A stretch of DNA of 64,000 bases, taken from contig OX597821.1 in assembly GCA_951406725.2 (NCBI GenBank), positions 16,554,001 through 16,618,000 of the forward strand. Direction: 5' to 3'. Below are positions 49,049 to 62,303 of this stretch, in pieces. The notes beneath the pieces were generated by a model. It was given only the letters and a program-made list of their open reading frames with translations. It did not search any database and was not told the origin of the DNA. The position numbers and the translations under genes are program-made. Position 1 is the first letter of the stretch, and every line of letters starts with the position of its first letter. Origin of the DNA: Octopus vulgaris. Lineage: Eukaryota.

Positions 49049-49749
49049 TCAACGAGGAGTTTGCATATTAAGTTGTGTTTGGAATTTTTCAATAAAGAGA
49101 TTCTCCTTGTTAATTCTCTCCTGTGTGGTGATCCCGTCTTTACATTGGTAGAAGGGGAATATATAGAATTTGGGGTTTAAGTCTTTGGCACATGAGTCTA
49201 AGTGGTCACTCAGTGGAATTTGTCGGTATTCCGGGAGATTTATTTGTTCTTTATGCACCGTTACTCGTTTACGTAACGGGAGACTCGTTTGTCCCACATA
49301 ATTATGTTGGCAACCAGCGCATGTGAGAACGTAGATAAGGTTCTCGGAGGAACAGGAGAAGTTAGTCTTGATTTTAAACTTCGTACCTTGTTTGAAGGTA
49401 AATTCAGAGCCTTCAAGTAGAAAGGGCAGGTACCACAGTTTGAGCGTGCACATTTTTTTACTGTTGGGGGTGGATGTGGTGTGTGAAGTTTGGCATTTGT
49501 CAAGAGTTTTTTTAAAGATTTGTGTTGCCTTTTGCATTTGAGGATTTTGTGTGTATTTATAATGTTTTTCATTTTTGGGTCTGTTGACAGTAGACTGAGG
49601 TTTTGTATGATTGTGGTGTATGCTTCGATATTTTTGGGGTTGTGGGTGGAAATGTATGGAAGTATTTTGAGGTTGTGTGTGGTGTTAGGTTGGGTGGTTT
49701 TCAGTGTAGTGCTGTCTAGTTCTTTGGCGCGTTTTATTCCATCATCCAC
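49049..49749 (-). pseudogene. Mirror copy of the GIY-YIG ORF with a 1-nt frameshift near 49425
   Basis: ORFs 49261-49749 and 49049-49537 together give the same protein; GGG here versus GGGG in the right arm. Confidence 0.85.
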
Positions 49750-49760
49750 CCTTATAGAGT

Positions 49761-50441
49761 ATGGAAGAACTAGACAGCACTACACTGAAAACCACCCAAC
49801 CTAACACCACACACAACCTCAAAATACTTCCATACATTTCCACCCACAACCCCAAAAATATCGAAGCATACACCACAATCATACAAAACCTCAGTCTACT
49901 GTCAACAGACCCAAAAATGAAAAACATTATAAATACACACAAAATCCTCAAATGCAAAAGGCAACACAAATCTTTAAAAAAACTCTTGACAAATGCCAAA
50001 CTTCACACACCACATCCACCCCCAACAGTAAAAAAATGTGCACGCTCAAACTGTGGTACCTGCCCCTTTCTACTTGAAGGCTCTGAATTTACCTTCAAAC
50101 AAGGTACGAAGTTTAAAATCAAGACTAACTTCTCCTGTTCCTCCGAGAACCTTATCTACGTTCTCACATGCGCTGGTTGCCAACATAATTATGTGGGACA
50201 AACGAGTCTCCCGTTACGTAAACGAGTAACGGTGCATAAAGAACAAATAAATCTCCCGGAATACCGACAAATTCCACTGAGTGACCACTTAGACTCATGT
50301 GCCAAAGACTTAAACCCCAAATTCTATATATTCCCCTTCTACCAATGTAAAGACGGGATCACCACACAGGAGAGAATTAACAAGGAGAATCTCTTTATTG
50401 AAAAATTCCAAACACAACTTAATATGCAAACTCCTCGTTGA
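49761..50441 (+). CDS. 5'-truncated PLE ORF: linker plus GIY-YIG endonuclease (226 aa)
   Basis: KKCARSNCGTC..FSCSSENLIYVLTCAGCQHNYVGQT..LRKRVTVH..DHL..RINKE..FIEKFQTQLN; the start is a truncation point, so probably not expressed as such. Confidence 0.85.
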   Translation: MEELDSTTLKTTQPNTTHNLKILPYISTHNPKNIEAYTTIIQNLSLLSTDPKMKNIINTHKILKCKRQHKSLKKLLTNAKLHTPHPPPTVKKCARSNCGTCPFLLEGSEFTFKQGTKFKIKTNFSCSSENLIYVLTCAGCQHNYVGQTSLPLRKRVTVHKEQINLPEYRQIPLSDHLDSCAKDLNPKFYIFPFYQCKDGITTQERINKENLFIEKFQTQLNMQTPR

Positions 50442-51074
50442 TCAAACTTCCTTTCTCTACCTCACTCTTCATGGATGGACTAACACAAATATATAAAGAT
50501 ACCATGCATTCACCACTTCAAGCTAAAACTTATATTCTTTAAATATCATTTTCACTATTGTTGTTGTTACTACTATCATTTTTATTATAAATGATATGAC
50601 AATTTGAAATGCAATTGTCTATGCAGTTTTATATTATTAGAAAATAATATAAATAAAGTGTTAAAATCTGAAAGTTAAGTTAACAAGCAATTATATATAA
50701 AAAAGATAATGCAAATGAAGCTAAAATGATAGTTTTATAATTTGGGTTTTATTGAAGAACTCAAAAGAGTTTTCTCCCTTACTCACAACACAGGAACTGA
50801 AGAACCAGGACCACAATTACTACTACTTCCTGTCCTGCAACATGCTGTATTCAACAACACAACACATCACATGCTCTTAATCCCTTTGGATTTTAACACC
50901 TCAAGATAACTTTTTGGTAAACAACCATAAAACTCAAGATACACAACGAACTCACAATGTATCGGAGAACTTATTTTTAATTTTTGTACATTTTTATCAT
51001 TATTCTTTTACAAAAAACATTGCAATTTTCTTTTTTCCCTTTCTAATTTTCAAAAAAACTTCTTAAAACATAAA

Positions 51075-51115
51075 TATTCTTGACAAGTCATACATTGACG
51101 AAAACCGGTTGAATA
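51075..51115 (+). ncRNA. Minimal type I hammerhead-like motif, U3-A8 core variant, in the PLE 3' UTR
   Basis: tattc TTGACAA gtca tacat tgac GAA aaccggtt gaata: stems I and II pair and region III is palindromic; the cleavage-site register is ambiguous. Confidence 0.65.
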
Positions 51116-51241
51116 AATATATATATTTATATATTTTATCATTTTCTCATTTTATTAAAATTTTATTTCATTTGAGCATTCTGCATTTTTAAAAAAATTT
51201 TTCCTTACCTACACTATATATATATATATAGATATATATCT

Positions 51242-52598
<1,357 letters not shown>

Positions 52599-53583
52599 AC
52601 ACAAAGGTAGCACAGGCAATCAAAAACCCAGCTGATGCTGACCTTTTACAACAAGATCTGGATGCCATATACAAATGGGCTGAAGACAACAACATGCAAT
52701 TTAATGCTGGTAAATTTCAAGCCTTATAATATCAAGCTGTAAACACATATACATTACAACACAACTATACTGGTCCAGGAGGGATCGAAATCCCAGTATC
52801 GAAATCAATACGGGACCTGGGGATAGACATGAGTGACGATGCATCTTTTTCTTCACACATCGACAAGGTGGCGACAATGTGCAGACGACTCACTGGCTGG
52901 ATCCTGAGGACATTCCGGACAAGAGACTGCGAGACCATGTTGACACTATGGAGGACATTTGTCCTAAGCCGCCTGGACTACTCCTCCCAACTGTGGTCAC
53001 CGCATAGTGTGAAACTAACCACAGAGCTCGAGACAATCCAAAGACATTTCACCAAGAGGATTTCCACCATGAAAGAAAAGAACTATTGGGAGAGGCTTAG
53101 GGAACTCAATTTGTACTCCTTGGAACGAAGACGAGAGAGATATGCAGTGATATACATATGGAAAATCCTGGAGGGACTAGCACCAAATTTTGGAATTGAG
53201 AGCTGTTCCAATCCCCGTACAGGACGTCACTGTGTGGTGCCAAAGGTCCCGTCTTCCACATCCAGGGTAAGGAGCAGATACTGTAATAGCCTGGGGTTCA
53301 GGGGCCCTCAGCTGTTCAACAAACTACCAAGAAAACTAAGAGATCTACATGATGCGGATGTGGACATTTTCAAAAAACATCTAGACAAGCTGCTTTCCGG
53401 GATCCCAGATGAACCCACTGCAAGGTACGAAGGTAACCTAAGGGCAGCAGCTACAAACTCTCTCTTAGATCAGTGGCCAGCCACGGCAAACTGGACTTAG
53501 AGAGGGTAGCAACAAGGGTGGTGCCCCAGCATGGCCTCAGCCGGATGGCTGAAACAAGTAAAAGAGTAAAAGAGTAAAAGAGT

Positions 53584-53586
<3 letters not shown>
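52599..53586 (+). mobile_element. 5'-truncated CR1/L2-group LINE, family 2, copy 2
   Basis: Begins just after the RT catalytic motif ([35 protein letters not shown]); ORF 52829-53500 is nearly identical to copy 1; same tail. Confidence 0.93.
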
Positions 53587-53630
<44 letters not shown>

Positions 53631-53654
53631 ATATATATACATATATATATATAT

Positions 53655-54578
53655 ATATTGTATATAAGAAAAAGGGACAGGCAAACAGGTTGCTTGACCG
53701 CATACCGAAAAAATAGAAATAGCAGTCAAGAATGCTTATTTCTATCAAAGTTGGACTCCGGGCATGACAAACCCTGTAATTCACATATGCAAAACAGAAG
53801 GAATAGATAACGAAAACGAAGTCTGATGGTTATCTGTGAACATCATGTTTCTGGATTATAAACATATTGAATATATATTCCATATATATTTTTGATATAT
53901 ATTTCATATACATTGCATATATATTTCACATCCTTCTTCAGCACAGCTTTCCATTGAAAAAGATTTATCATAGATTTATCAAATGCTACGTACCTCAAAC
54001 CTTCTGACCATGCGACATCAAAATATTTGAAGAAAGTGAGCAAAAGCTAAACCTACATAGACGTTTGAATTCGTAAATCTTCCCTCCAAAATTTTGCCAT
54101 GCGCACTACAAAAATAGTTCCATAAGATGGGGAACTATTAGGTTGTCATAAGGGAGTGAAAAATCCAAATAGTAATATAATAATAAGAGTAAATAATTTC
54201 TATAAAGGCTTTTAAAAAAAACCCCAATTATTTACTGGTAGAATTCGGTATGTAAATATAGCCGATTACCGGCAGGAACTTCTGTAAAGTTCAGTATATA
54301 TATTGTATATAAGAAAAAGGGACAGGCAAACAGGTTGCTTGACCGCATACCGAAAAAATAGAAATAGCAGTCAAGAATGCTTATTTCTATCAAAGTTGGA
54401 CTCCGGGCATGACAAACCCTGTAATTCACATATGCAAAACAGAAGGAATAGATAACGAAAACGAAGTCTGATGGTTATCTGTGAACATCATGTTTCTGGA
54501 TTATAAACATATTGAATATATATTCCATATATATTTTTGATATATATTTCATATACATTGCATATATATTTCACATCC
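53655..54578 (-). mobile_element. Non-coding PLE-type terminal element with a partial tandem duplication (53655-53933 repeated at 54298-54578)
   Basis: Direct repeat of about 280 bp; the first unit carries a complete hammerhead motif; abuts (TA)n. Confidence 0.75.
53834..53946 (-). ncRNA. Type I hammerhead motif with a 73-nt AT-rich loop II
   Basis: Minus strand ctgtg CTGAAGA a ggat [73 nt] atcc a GAA aca tga tgt t cacag. Confidence 0.7.
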
Positions 54579-54635
54579 ATAGTGTACATATGAATTTCCA
54601 GCATATCTCTGGAAATTCATATGTACACTATGGAT
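54575..54635. repeat. Perfect 27-bp inverted repeat with a 7-nt loop
   Basis: atccatagtgtacatatgaatttccag catatct ctggaaattcatatgtacactatggat. Confidence 0.95.
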
Positions 54636-54809
54636 TAAGTCACCTTCTCTGTGATGCTATTAAAACTTTTTTTTAAATCTGTGATAAGACTGTGTATCAT
54701 CTTTAAAGAACTTTAATGAACTTTGGAAATCTGTTTATGTTACTTAATTATCTACACTACTTCATGAGTATAGCCTCAACCACTAAGATGTCTAGAGAAC
54801 TTACATGTA

Positions 54810-54900
54810 TTTTAGCTGATGAGTACGGGACACGTTTATATGCTGCAATTTTTGCAACTTTTAATAAAGCCTGTCTTTGTATGAAACGATTGTACTAAAA
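54810..54900 (+). ncRNA. Type I hammerhead motif with canonical core and extended stem II
   Basis: ttttag CTGATGA gtac[gggaca..tgtcttt]gtat GAA ac gatt gt a ctaaaa; GUA cleavage triplet. Confidence 0.8.
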
Positions 54901-55034
54901 GCTTATCCATTCTTGTTGCTTCTTTCTCGCGTATATATATATATATATATAAACAATTGCAGCGTGGAAGGTGTTTATAAGCCATTTAAGAAACACACAA
55001 AAGCCGTTCGATTCACTCCAACATTTAAGTTTAA

Positions 55035-55084
55035 TTTGTCAAAATATTTTCGTCGCTAAAATCCGCGACCTGTTCACTGACAAA
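55035..55084 (-). ncRNA. Minimal type I hammerhead-like motif, G3-C8 variant (mirror copy)
   Basis: Reverse complement of 58682-58731. Confidence 0.75.
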
Positions 55085-56243
55085 GTCCGTGCTGCATCTA
55101 AGAAAGTAACAGTTAGTTCGTCATATATATGTACGTATGTATGTGTGTATGTATGCATACATGTGTGTATGTATGTACGTATGCATGTACGCACATACGC
55201 CTGTGTATGTATGTATGTATGTATGTATGTATGTATGTATGTATGTATGTATGTATGTATGTATATATGTATGTGTGTGTATAAGCACGCACATACACTC
55301 TATAAAACATAAAGCTATAAACCTGTAGCGATGGATGGATGTAGAGTGACCACTCATCACAACGCTATCAAATTTCAACTCCCTACGGCCGAGGCTAGAA
55401 AGTGAATTTATGACGCTTGCTCACAAGAATTATACCCTAAAATCTATTATCAGATTATTATCTCTATATCACAGAACTAATGTTTTACTATTGTTCGTAT
55501 GTATGTATGTATGTATGTATGTATGTATGTATGTATGTATGTATGTATGTATGTATGTATGTATGTATGTACATACGTACGCATGTGCGTATGTATGTAT
55601 ACGCGCTCGTATGCATGTGCCCATGTATGTGTGTGCGTACATGTACGTGCGTATGTACGTGTGTATGCCCATACGTAGGTATGTATGTATGTTTGTATTC
55701 ATGTGCTACGTATGTATGTGAGTGTCTAGGAGAATGGGCAGATGTGTCCGTGAGAGTGTGTACATGTGTATGTGTATGTGAACGTATGTTCGTGTACTGG
55801 CATGTGTCCGTCCAAGTTGTGTACATGACTGTTACTTTGCTGAAGGTTGTATACATATTTACATATATGTTTGTATAGACGCACACACATATATATATAT
55901 GTGTGTGGGTGTGTGTTTGTTCCTCTCATCATCGTCTACCCGTGAACGGATACAACGCCTAGGTGCAACTGTTCGTATCAAACAACGTCTGCTCATACCG
56001 TTGTATATAACTGCACATACGCATTGCAACCTGTATGTAAGAACTACAGGTGAAAGGGAGAGAGAGAGAGGGGTGGTTATAGAATAGTCCTTCTGAATGG
56101 GATCTGGATGTTATTCCATTCGGACTTTCGGTTGAGAGTAGGTTTGTATTCTTGTATACAAACAGCTTCTGTGACCTGTCTCAACATTGCATCGGTGGGA
56201 TGTGTTGATAGGATGTTCAACTTAAGCTCCCCTAAGGATCCCT

Positions 56244-57707
56244 ACCATTACCTCGGCTTACAGGAAGACTCACTGTGAGCGTTGGCAGGGATGGACAAAG
56301 CCGGACTACCCACCCTCAAGTGCACACGATATTAGAACCACCATCGCATATGCTATCGGTGTCAGCCTGAGATTTACGCTAAAAACACATATTTTTAAAT
56401 TTGACAACAAACTGTATAAGCAAACGAAAGGCGGTGCTATTGGAGTGGGGATCGCCGGTGACGTTGCTAACCTCTTCATGGTATGGTGGGACAAGCGTTT
56501 TAAACAGTGCCTAGCAAACCGTAACATCCACTTGGCTATGTACTCTCGTTACGTCGACGACATTTAACCTTGTTGTGAAATGTAATACAGACACAGTTAT
56601 GGGCCCTCTACCAAGTGAAGAACAGGTGATGACATCTATACAACACATAGCTGACTCTATCCACAGCAGTATAAAACTTACCATAGACTACCCCTCTAAA
56701 CACCCCAGTAAACGATTACCCGTCCTAGATACTGAGCTATGGATGGAAGACGCTATGGTTAATGGTACCATTAAACCATGTATACTCCACTCACACTATC
56801 AGAAACCGATGGCTAATCCACTAGTAATCCGTAGTGACTCAGCTATGTCCGATACTGCCAAACTCAACATCCTAGTGGCAGACTTAGTTAGAGTAATGAG
56901 GAATGTATCACCACTATGCCAACCACAAGAACGACAACAACACATCCAGCACTACATATTCCGAATGCAACGCTCCGGATACACACAAGACGATAGAGTC
57001 AGGGTGTACAAAGGAGCGAAAGCTAGATTCGAACGCATTCTAGGGAACGACGAAAACGGTATATGCCCCTGTACCGCAACAAGTTCTGGAATAGGTTAGA
57101 GAGGGACACCAACAAAAAGATGAGAAACGTTACTTGATACGATAACAGGAGATTTCACGGAGTGATGTTCGTAGACGCCACACCTAAGAACGAGCTAAGT
57201 AAGGCATTCAAGAAAGTCCTGCGCACTACGGGTCTAAAAGTTAAAGTTGTAGAAAAGACAGGTAGGACTATCAAATCGGCATTATGCAGATCATATCCAT
57301 TTGATAGAATCACCTGTCAGAGTAATTGTGCAGTGTGTTCGACAAATCCACACGTAAATTGTAAAACCAAGGGCACTGTATACCAGATTAAGTGCCAGGA
57401 GGGAGCTTGCGCGGCTAACCCAGAGTCATACATAGGTGAGACCTCTAGAAGCATCAATGACAGGTTCAAAGAACACCTGGACAACTACATTGAAAGGAAG
57501 CCAAACTCCATCTTCTACCAACATGCTGTAGACTGCCACAAGGGATCCTTAGGGGAGCTTAAGTTGAACATCCTATCAACACATCCCACCGATGCAATGT
57601 TGAGACAGGTCACAGAAGCTGTTTGTATACAAGAATACAAACCTACTCTCAACCGAAAGTCCGAATGGAATAACATCCAGATCCCATTCAGAAGGACTAT
57701 TCTATAA
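56244..57707 (+). pseudogene. PLE RT plus GIY-YIG ORF, 5'-truncated, with frameshifts near 56564 and 57068 and a TGA near 57135
   Basis: FKFDNKLYKQTKGGAIGVGIAGDVANLFMVWWD..YSRYVDD / LTIDYPSKHPSKRLPVLDTELW..HYQKPMA / CKTKGTVYQIKC..YIGETSRSINDRFKEH..RQVTEAVCI..PTLNRKSEW. Confidence 0.93.
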
Positions 57708-58214
57708 CCACCCCTCTCTCTCTCCCTTTCACCTGTAGTTCTTACATACAGGTTGCAATGCGTATGTGCAGTTATATACAACGGTATGAGCAGACGTTGT
57801 TTGATACGAACAGTTGCACCTAGGCGTTGTATCCATTCACGGGTAGACGATGATGAGAGGAACAAACACACACCCACACACATATATATATATGTGTGTG
57901 CGTCTATACAAACATATATGTAAATATGTATACAACCTTCAGCAAAGTAGCAGTCATGTACACAACTTGGACGGACACATGCCAGTACACGGACATACGT
58001 TCACATACACATACACATGTACACACTCTCACGGACACATCTGCCCATTCTCCTAGACACTCACATACATACGTAGCACATGAATACAAACATACATACA
58101 TACCTACGTATGGGCATACACACGTACATACGCACGTACATGTACGCACACACATACATGGGCACATGCATACGAGCGCGTATACATACGCACATGCGTA
58201 CGTATGTACATACA

Positions 58215-58248
<34 letters not shown>

Positions 58249-58681
58249 CATACATACATACATACGAACAATAGTAAAACATTAGTTCTGTGATATAGAG
58301 ATAATAATCTGATAATAGATTTTAGGGTATAGTTCTTGTGAGCAAGCGTCATAAATTTACTTTCTAGCCTCGGCCGTAGGGAGTTGAAATTTGATAGCGT
58401 TGTGATGAGTGGTCACTCTACATCCATCCATCGCTACAGGTTTATAGCTTTATGTTTTATAGAGTGTATGTGCGTGCTTATACACACACATACATATATA
58501 CATACATACATATATACATACATACATACATACATACATACATACATACATACATGCATACACAGGCGTATGTGCGTACATGCATACGTACATACATACA
58601 CACATGTATGCATACATACACACATACATACGTACATGTATATGACGAACTAACTGTTACTTTCTTAGATGCCGCACGGAC

Positions 58682-58731
58682 TTTGTCAGTGAACAGGTCG
58701 CGGATTTTAGCGACGAAAATATTTTGACAAA
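58682..58731 (+). ncRNA. Minimal type I hammerhead-like motif, G3-C8 core variant, in the PLE 3' UTR
   Basis: tttgtca GTGAACA g gtcgc ggatttta gcgac GAA aatatt t tgacaaa: 7-bp stem I, 5-bp stem II, palindromic region III. Confidence 0.75.
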
Positions 58732-58811
58732 TTAAACTTAAATGTTGGAGTGAATCGAACGGCTTTTGTGTGTTTCTTAAATGGCTTATAAACACCTTCC
58801 ACGCTTCAATT

Positions 58812-58858
<47 letters not shown>

Positions 58859-58887
58859 TGTATATATTTTATTTATTATATAGAAGG

Positions 58888-58938
58888 AGCTTCTACAGGA
58901 CTAGAACTGTTTCATTCAAGAGAAATCATCAGGAAGCT
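58888..58938 (-). ncRNA. Type I hammerhead motif, canonical CUGAUGA core, in a short terminal element (about 58865-59145)
   Basis: Minus strand agcttc CTGATGA t ttc tctt gaa t GAA acag ttctagtc ctgt a gaagct; GUA triplet. Confidence 0.85.
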
Positions 58939-59226
58939 AGTTAACAAGAATTGTATTGGCATTTATACATTTAGGCAGGTTTAAAGGGGTGGGGTGGGGG
59001 ACTTTTGGGCGGTAGGCATAGCGCAAAAATATCATGCTTGGGGGAGTGGTCAAGGAGTCAGTGGCAAATTAGATAAAAGAATAAATAAAAGAATAAAAAA
59101 ATATATATAGAAGAATAGAGTTTTAGGTAAATAAGGAGATTCTCTCACTTATACATATACACATATGTATATAAATATACACACACACACACATATATAC
59201 ATACACACATACATACACGCACACAC

Positions 59227-59298
<72 letters not shown>

Positions 59299-59941
59299 GC
59301 ATATACATATACACACACACATGTATATATATACACACGCCCACACATACATATACACACAAAAATATATACATACACACACATACACATACACACATAC
59401 ACACATATCTACATACACACATGCACACACAAGTCCCTATATACACATATATATACATATATATATATATATACACATATATATACATATGTGTACCTAT
59501 ACATACCTACACATACACACATATACATACAAATACAAACCCATTCCCTAATTTTAATTTTATTATTATCTTCATTTATTACTTTTGTTATCTTTGACCG
59601 CGGGTCACAAGCATCTTGGCTACGACAGCAGGTCCATTTATCTTTCTACTTGAACACAAGCACTCACTCACGCACGCACACTCATTAGCACGCACACTCA
59701 CTCATTCGTACACTCATACACATACACGCACGCACGCGTTATATTCATACATACATACATCTACATACATTCACATATATACACATACGTACGCGTACCT
59801 ACAGATTCATGTCTACACGCTTAGAAGACTAGTCCATACATATATATATATAAATTCTGTAGTTTCAGCTCAAAGCTGCGGCCATGCTGATGCACCGCCT
59901 TTTCATATATATATATATATATATATATGTGTATGTATATA

Positions 59942-60895
59942 CAGGGTGCGGTGAATATATTGTCGTCTAAATTACGCAAAAATGAAAATAACATCTCATT
60001 TTAATAGATATATTCACCAAAATTGTAAAAAAAAAATATATATATATGACCACAGCTCATTAGCTGAAACTAGATAAAATATAAAATATATATATAAAAT
60101 ATATATATCTTGAAATACCAAAGAGTAAATTTATTCAATAAAATCGGCATTCGATTCAGCCACGTTCTCCAGACGATTTCGAAATCTATTTCAACTCTTC
60201 TGAACAGTCTCCGTGTTTATGTTGGTGAATGCTGCTGTAATCTTTGACTTCAGTTCATCTTCGGTGTTACAAGTGGTTTTGTTGTTCTCTCACTCTACGA
60301 CACATCACACATAGTAATCAAGGGAGTTGCAGTCTGGGTAGTTAGGTGGCCTGATGTTAACGGAAATGTGGTCGTAGAAAATTTCTGTCTATTATGACTG
60401 TTCTCTAAATTGTATGGCATGATGCAGAGTCCTGTTTCCAGACATAAGGACTTCCAGCAGCCACCCTCTTTACCGATAGCAGCACTAACTCCTCCAGGCA
60501 CTTCATGTAGGTCTCCATGTCGAGTGAGAGACCATGTGGGATGATGAATGGAGGAATAAAGTTGTCATCACTTGTGATCACTCCAAACACCATGGTGTTG
60601 ATTGTTGTTTTTTTTTTATCACACTCGGTACATGTCTACAGATTGCAATGTCCTCAGATTGACACCCAAACACTCGGAAATGTTCGAATTAGAGCTTCTG
60701 GCGCGAATGCCAAGCAGTAAAGCATGTCGCTTCCAAATTTCTGTCTGGGTGAGTTGCGTCATTTTGCTTTTTTTCGGACAGACGGTGCCCAACTGACCTT
60801 ACCATACTATGTAGTCGACAATATCAAAAACAAACAATGCACATGCGTGAAGTATTAAAAATATAAATTGTCGACAATTTACCTCTCGCAACCTG
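59942..60895 (-). mobile_element. Internally deleted Tc1/mariner (maT/DD37D-like) element with both TIRs
   Basis: Left cagggtgcggtgaatatattgtcg; right end reverse-complements to caggttgcgagaggtaaattgtcg; minus strand MVFGVITSD..PPFIIPHGL..YVWKQDSASCHT and PDCNSLDYYV; a LINE-type tail is inserted at about 60047-60110. Confidence 0.88.
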
Positions 60896-60973
60896 TGTGT
60901 ATATATGTATATGCATGCACCCCCCACATACAATCACACATATATACATACACACACACACACACACATATAT

Positions 60974-61010
<37 letters not shown>

Positions 61011-61155
61011 TATATACATACCCACACACACATATATACATACCCACACACACATATATATATACATACACACACACATATGTATACATATATATATACA
61101 TACACACACATATACATACACACACACACATATACATACACACACACATATACAT

Positions 61156-61186
<31 letters not shown>

Positions 61187-61257
61187 CACACACATATATA
61201 CATACACACACACACACATATATACATACACACACATATACATACACACACACATAT

Positions 61258-61310
<53 letters not shown>
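60896..61310. repeat. Compound (CA)n/(TA)n microsatellite
   Basis: Direct inspection. Confidence 0.93.
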
Positions 61311-62010
61311 CAAGCGAGAAATATATGACGTTATATCTGCGGAAAGTTATTGCTCTTAGTTTTAACTTAAATAAATAAAAACAGGAATATATAGAAATAT
61401 ATTAACGTGTTGGACGGAAACTTTTTATCCGAAGTTAGAAAAAGATAAGAATATTTTTTTAAATATTTGTAAAAGAAGAAATCTTGGGAAGACGAGTTCC
61501 AGGCACGTATCTCAAAATACGTACGCCAACTATCTACTCCTTTATGCATGTCTGGCAATCTATTTATTTATTCATCTGTATGGGTGCTCGCACGCGCACC
61601 TATGTCAGTGTGTGTGTGTCTGTACCCGCGCGCACGTGTGTCGTCAGGTATAACTGCAAATGCTGTTGTTGACGCCCTGGCATGTTTTTGTGAAAGACTT
61701 TTCATTGTAAAAGGAGAATAAAGAGGAATTTCAGATATCGCATTAACAAACATTGTGCTGAATGTACTTGCCTTTCAATGCATTTGTAAGAAGAAAAGCA
61801 TATATAATATTTCCGTTCATATAATTACGCTTTCAACGCCATAGTGTACAGTTCTTTCCTCGCGTACACACAAAATGCAAAAACACTTACGTCTAAACAA
61901 TCAAACGCATATACGTGAACACAGATACTAACACACACTTCTACGTACACATATGTTCTGTTTTCTCATCTACCTCCAAGGAGATATCTGGACACGATTG
62001 TGGAATACAG

Positions 62011-62097
<87 letters not shown>

Positions 62098-62258
62098 GGG
62101 TGTGTGTGATTGTGTATAGAAGAATATATTAAAAGGAATTCCAACCTTGTCTGATTTTCATGTTTTATTTACAATCTTATAATGATATAAGATAGTATAA
62201 TATAATAAAATAAAATAAAATAAAATAATAGAATAGAATCTTAAATGTTCATTCTGAT

Positions 62259-62303
62259 TGAACTAGTACTTTCATGCATTAAATCCGGCAATCTTCAGGT
62301 TCA
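62259..62303 (-). ncRNA. Minimal type I hammerhead motif, canonical CUGAAGA core
   Basis: Minus strand tgaac CTGAAGA t tgc cggatttaat gca t GAA agtact a gttca; palindromic region III. Confidence 0.82.

Larger units (their letters stand above)
48284..51207. mobile_element. Penelope-like element 3' part (Neptune-like GIY-YIG) as a head-to-head inverted duplication; arms 48284-49724 and 49765-51207
   Basis: Arms of about 1.44 kb are near-perfect reverse complements; each encodes a Cys-rich linker and GIY-YIG domain and carries a 3' hammerhead-like motif; flanked by (TA)n. Confidence 0.95.
54955..58811 (+). mobile_element. Penelope-like element (C-terminal EN; possibly Nematis-like) with an inverted copy of its 3' end placed upstream; arms 54955-56243 and 57541-58811
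   Basis: Inverted arms of about 1.28 kb flank a unique 1.3-kb RT region; (TA)n on both sides. Confidence 0.95.

Noticed and set aside
57133-57140. In-frame TGA in the PLE ORF as a possible selenocysteine codon
   Set aside because: The context (T*Y) fits a Trp TGG>TGA mutation rather than a Cys position; selenoprotein PLEs are N-terminal-EN Naiads, whereas this element has a C-terminal EN; no SECIS recognised
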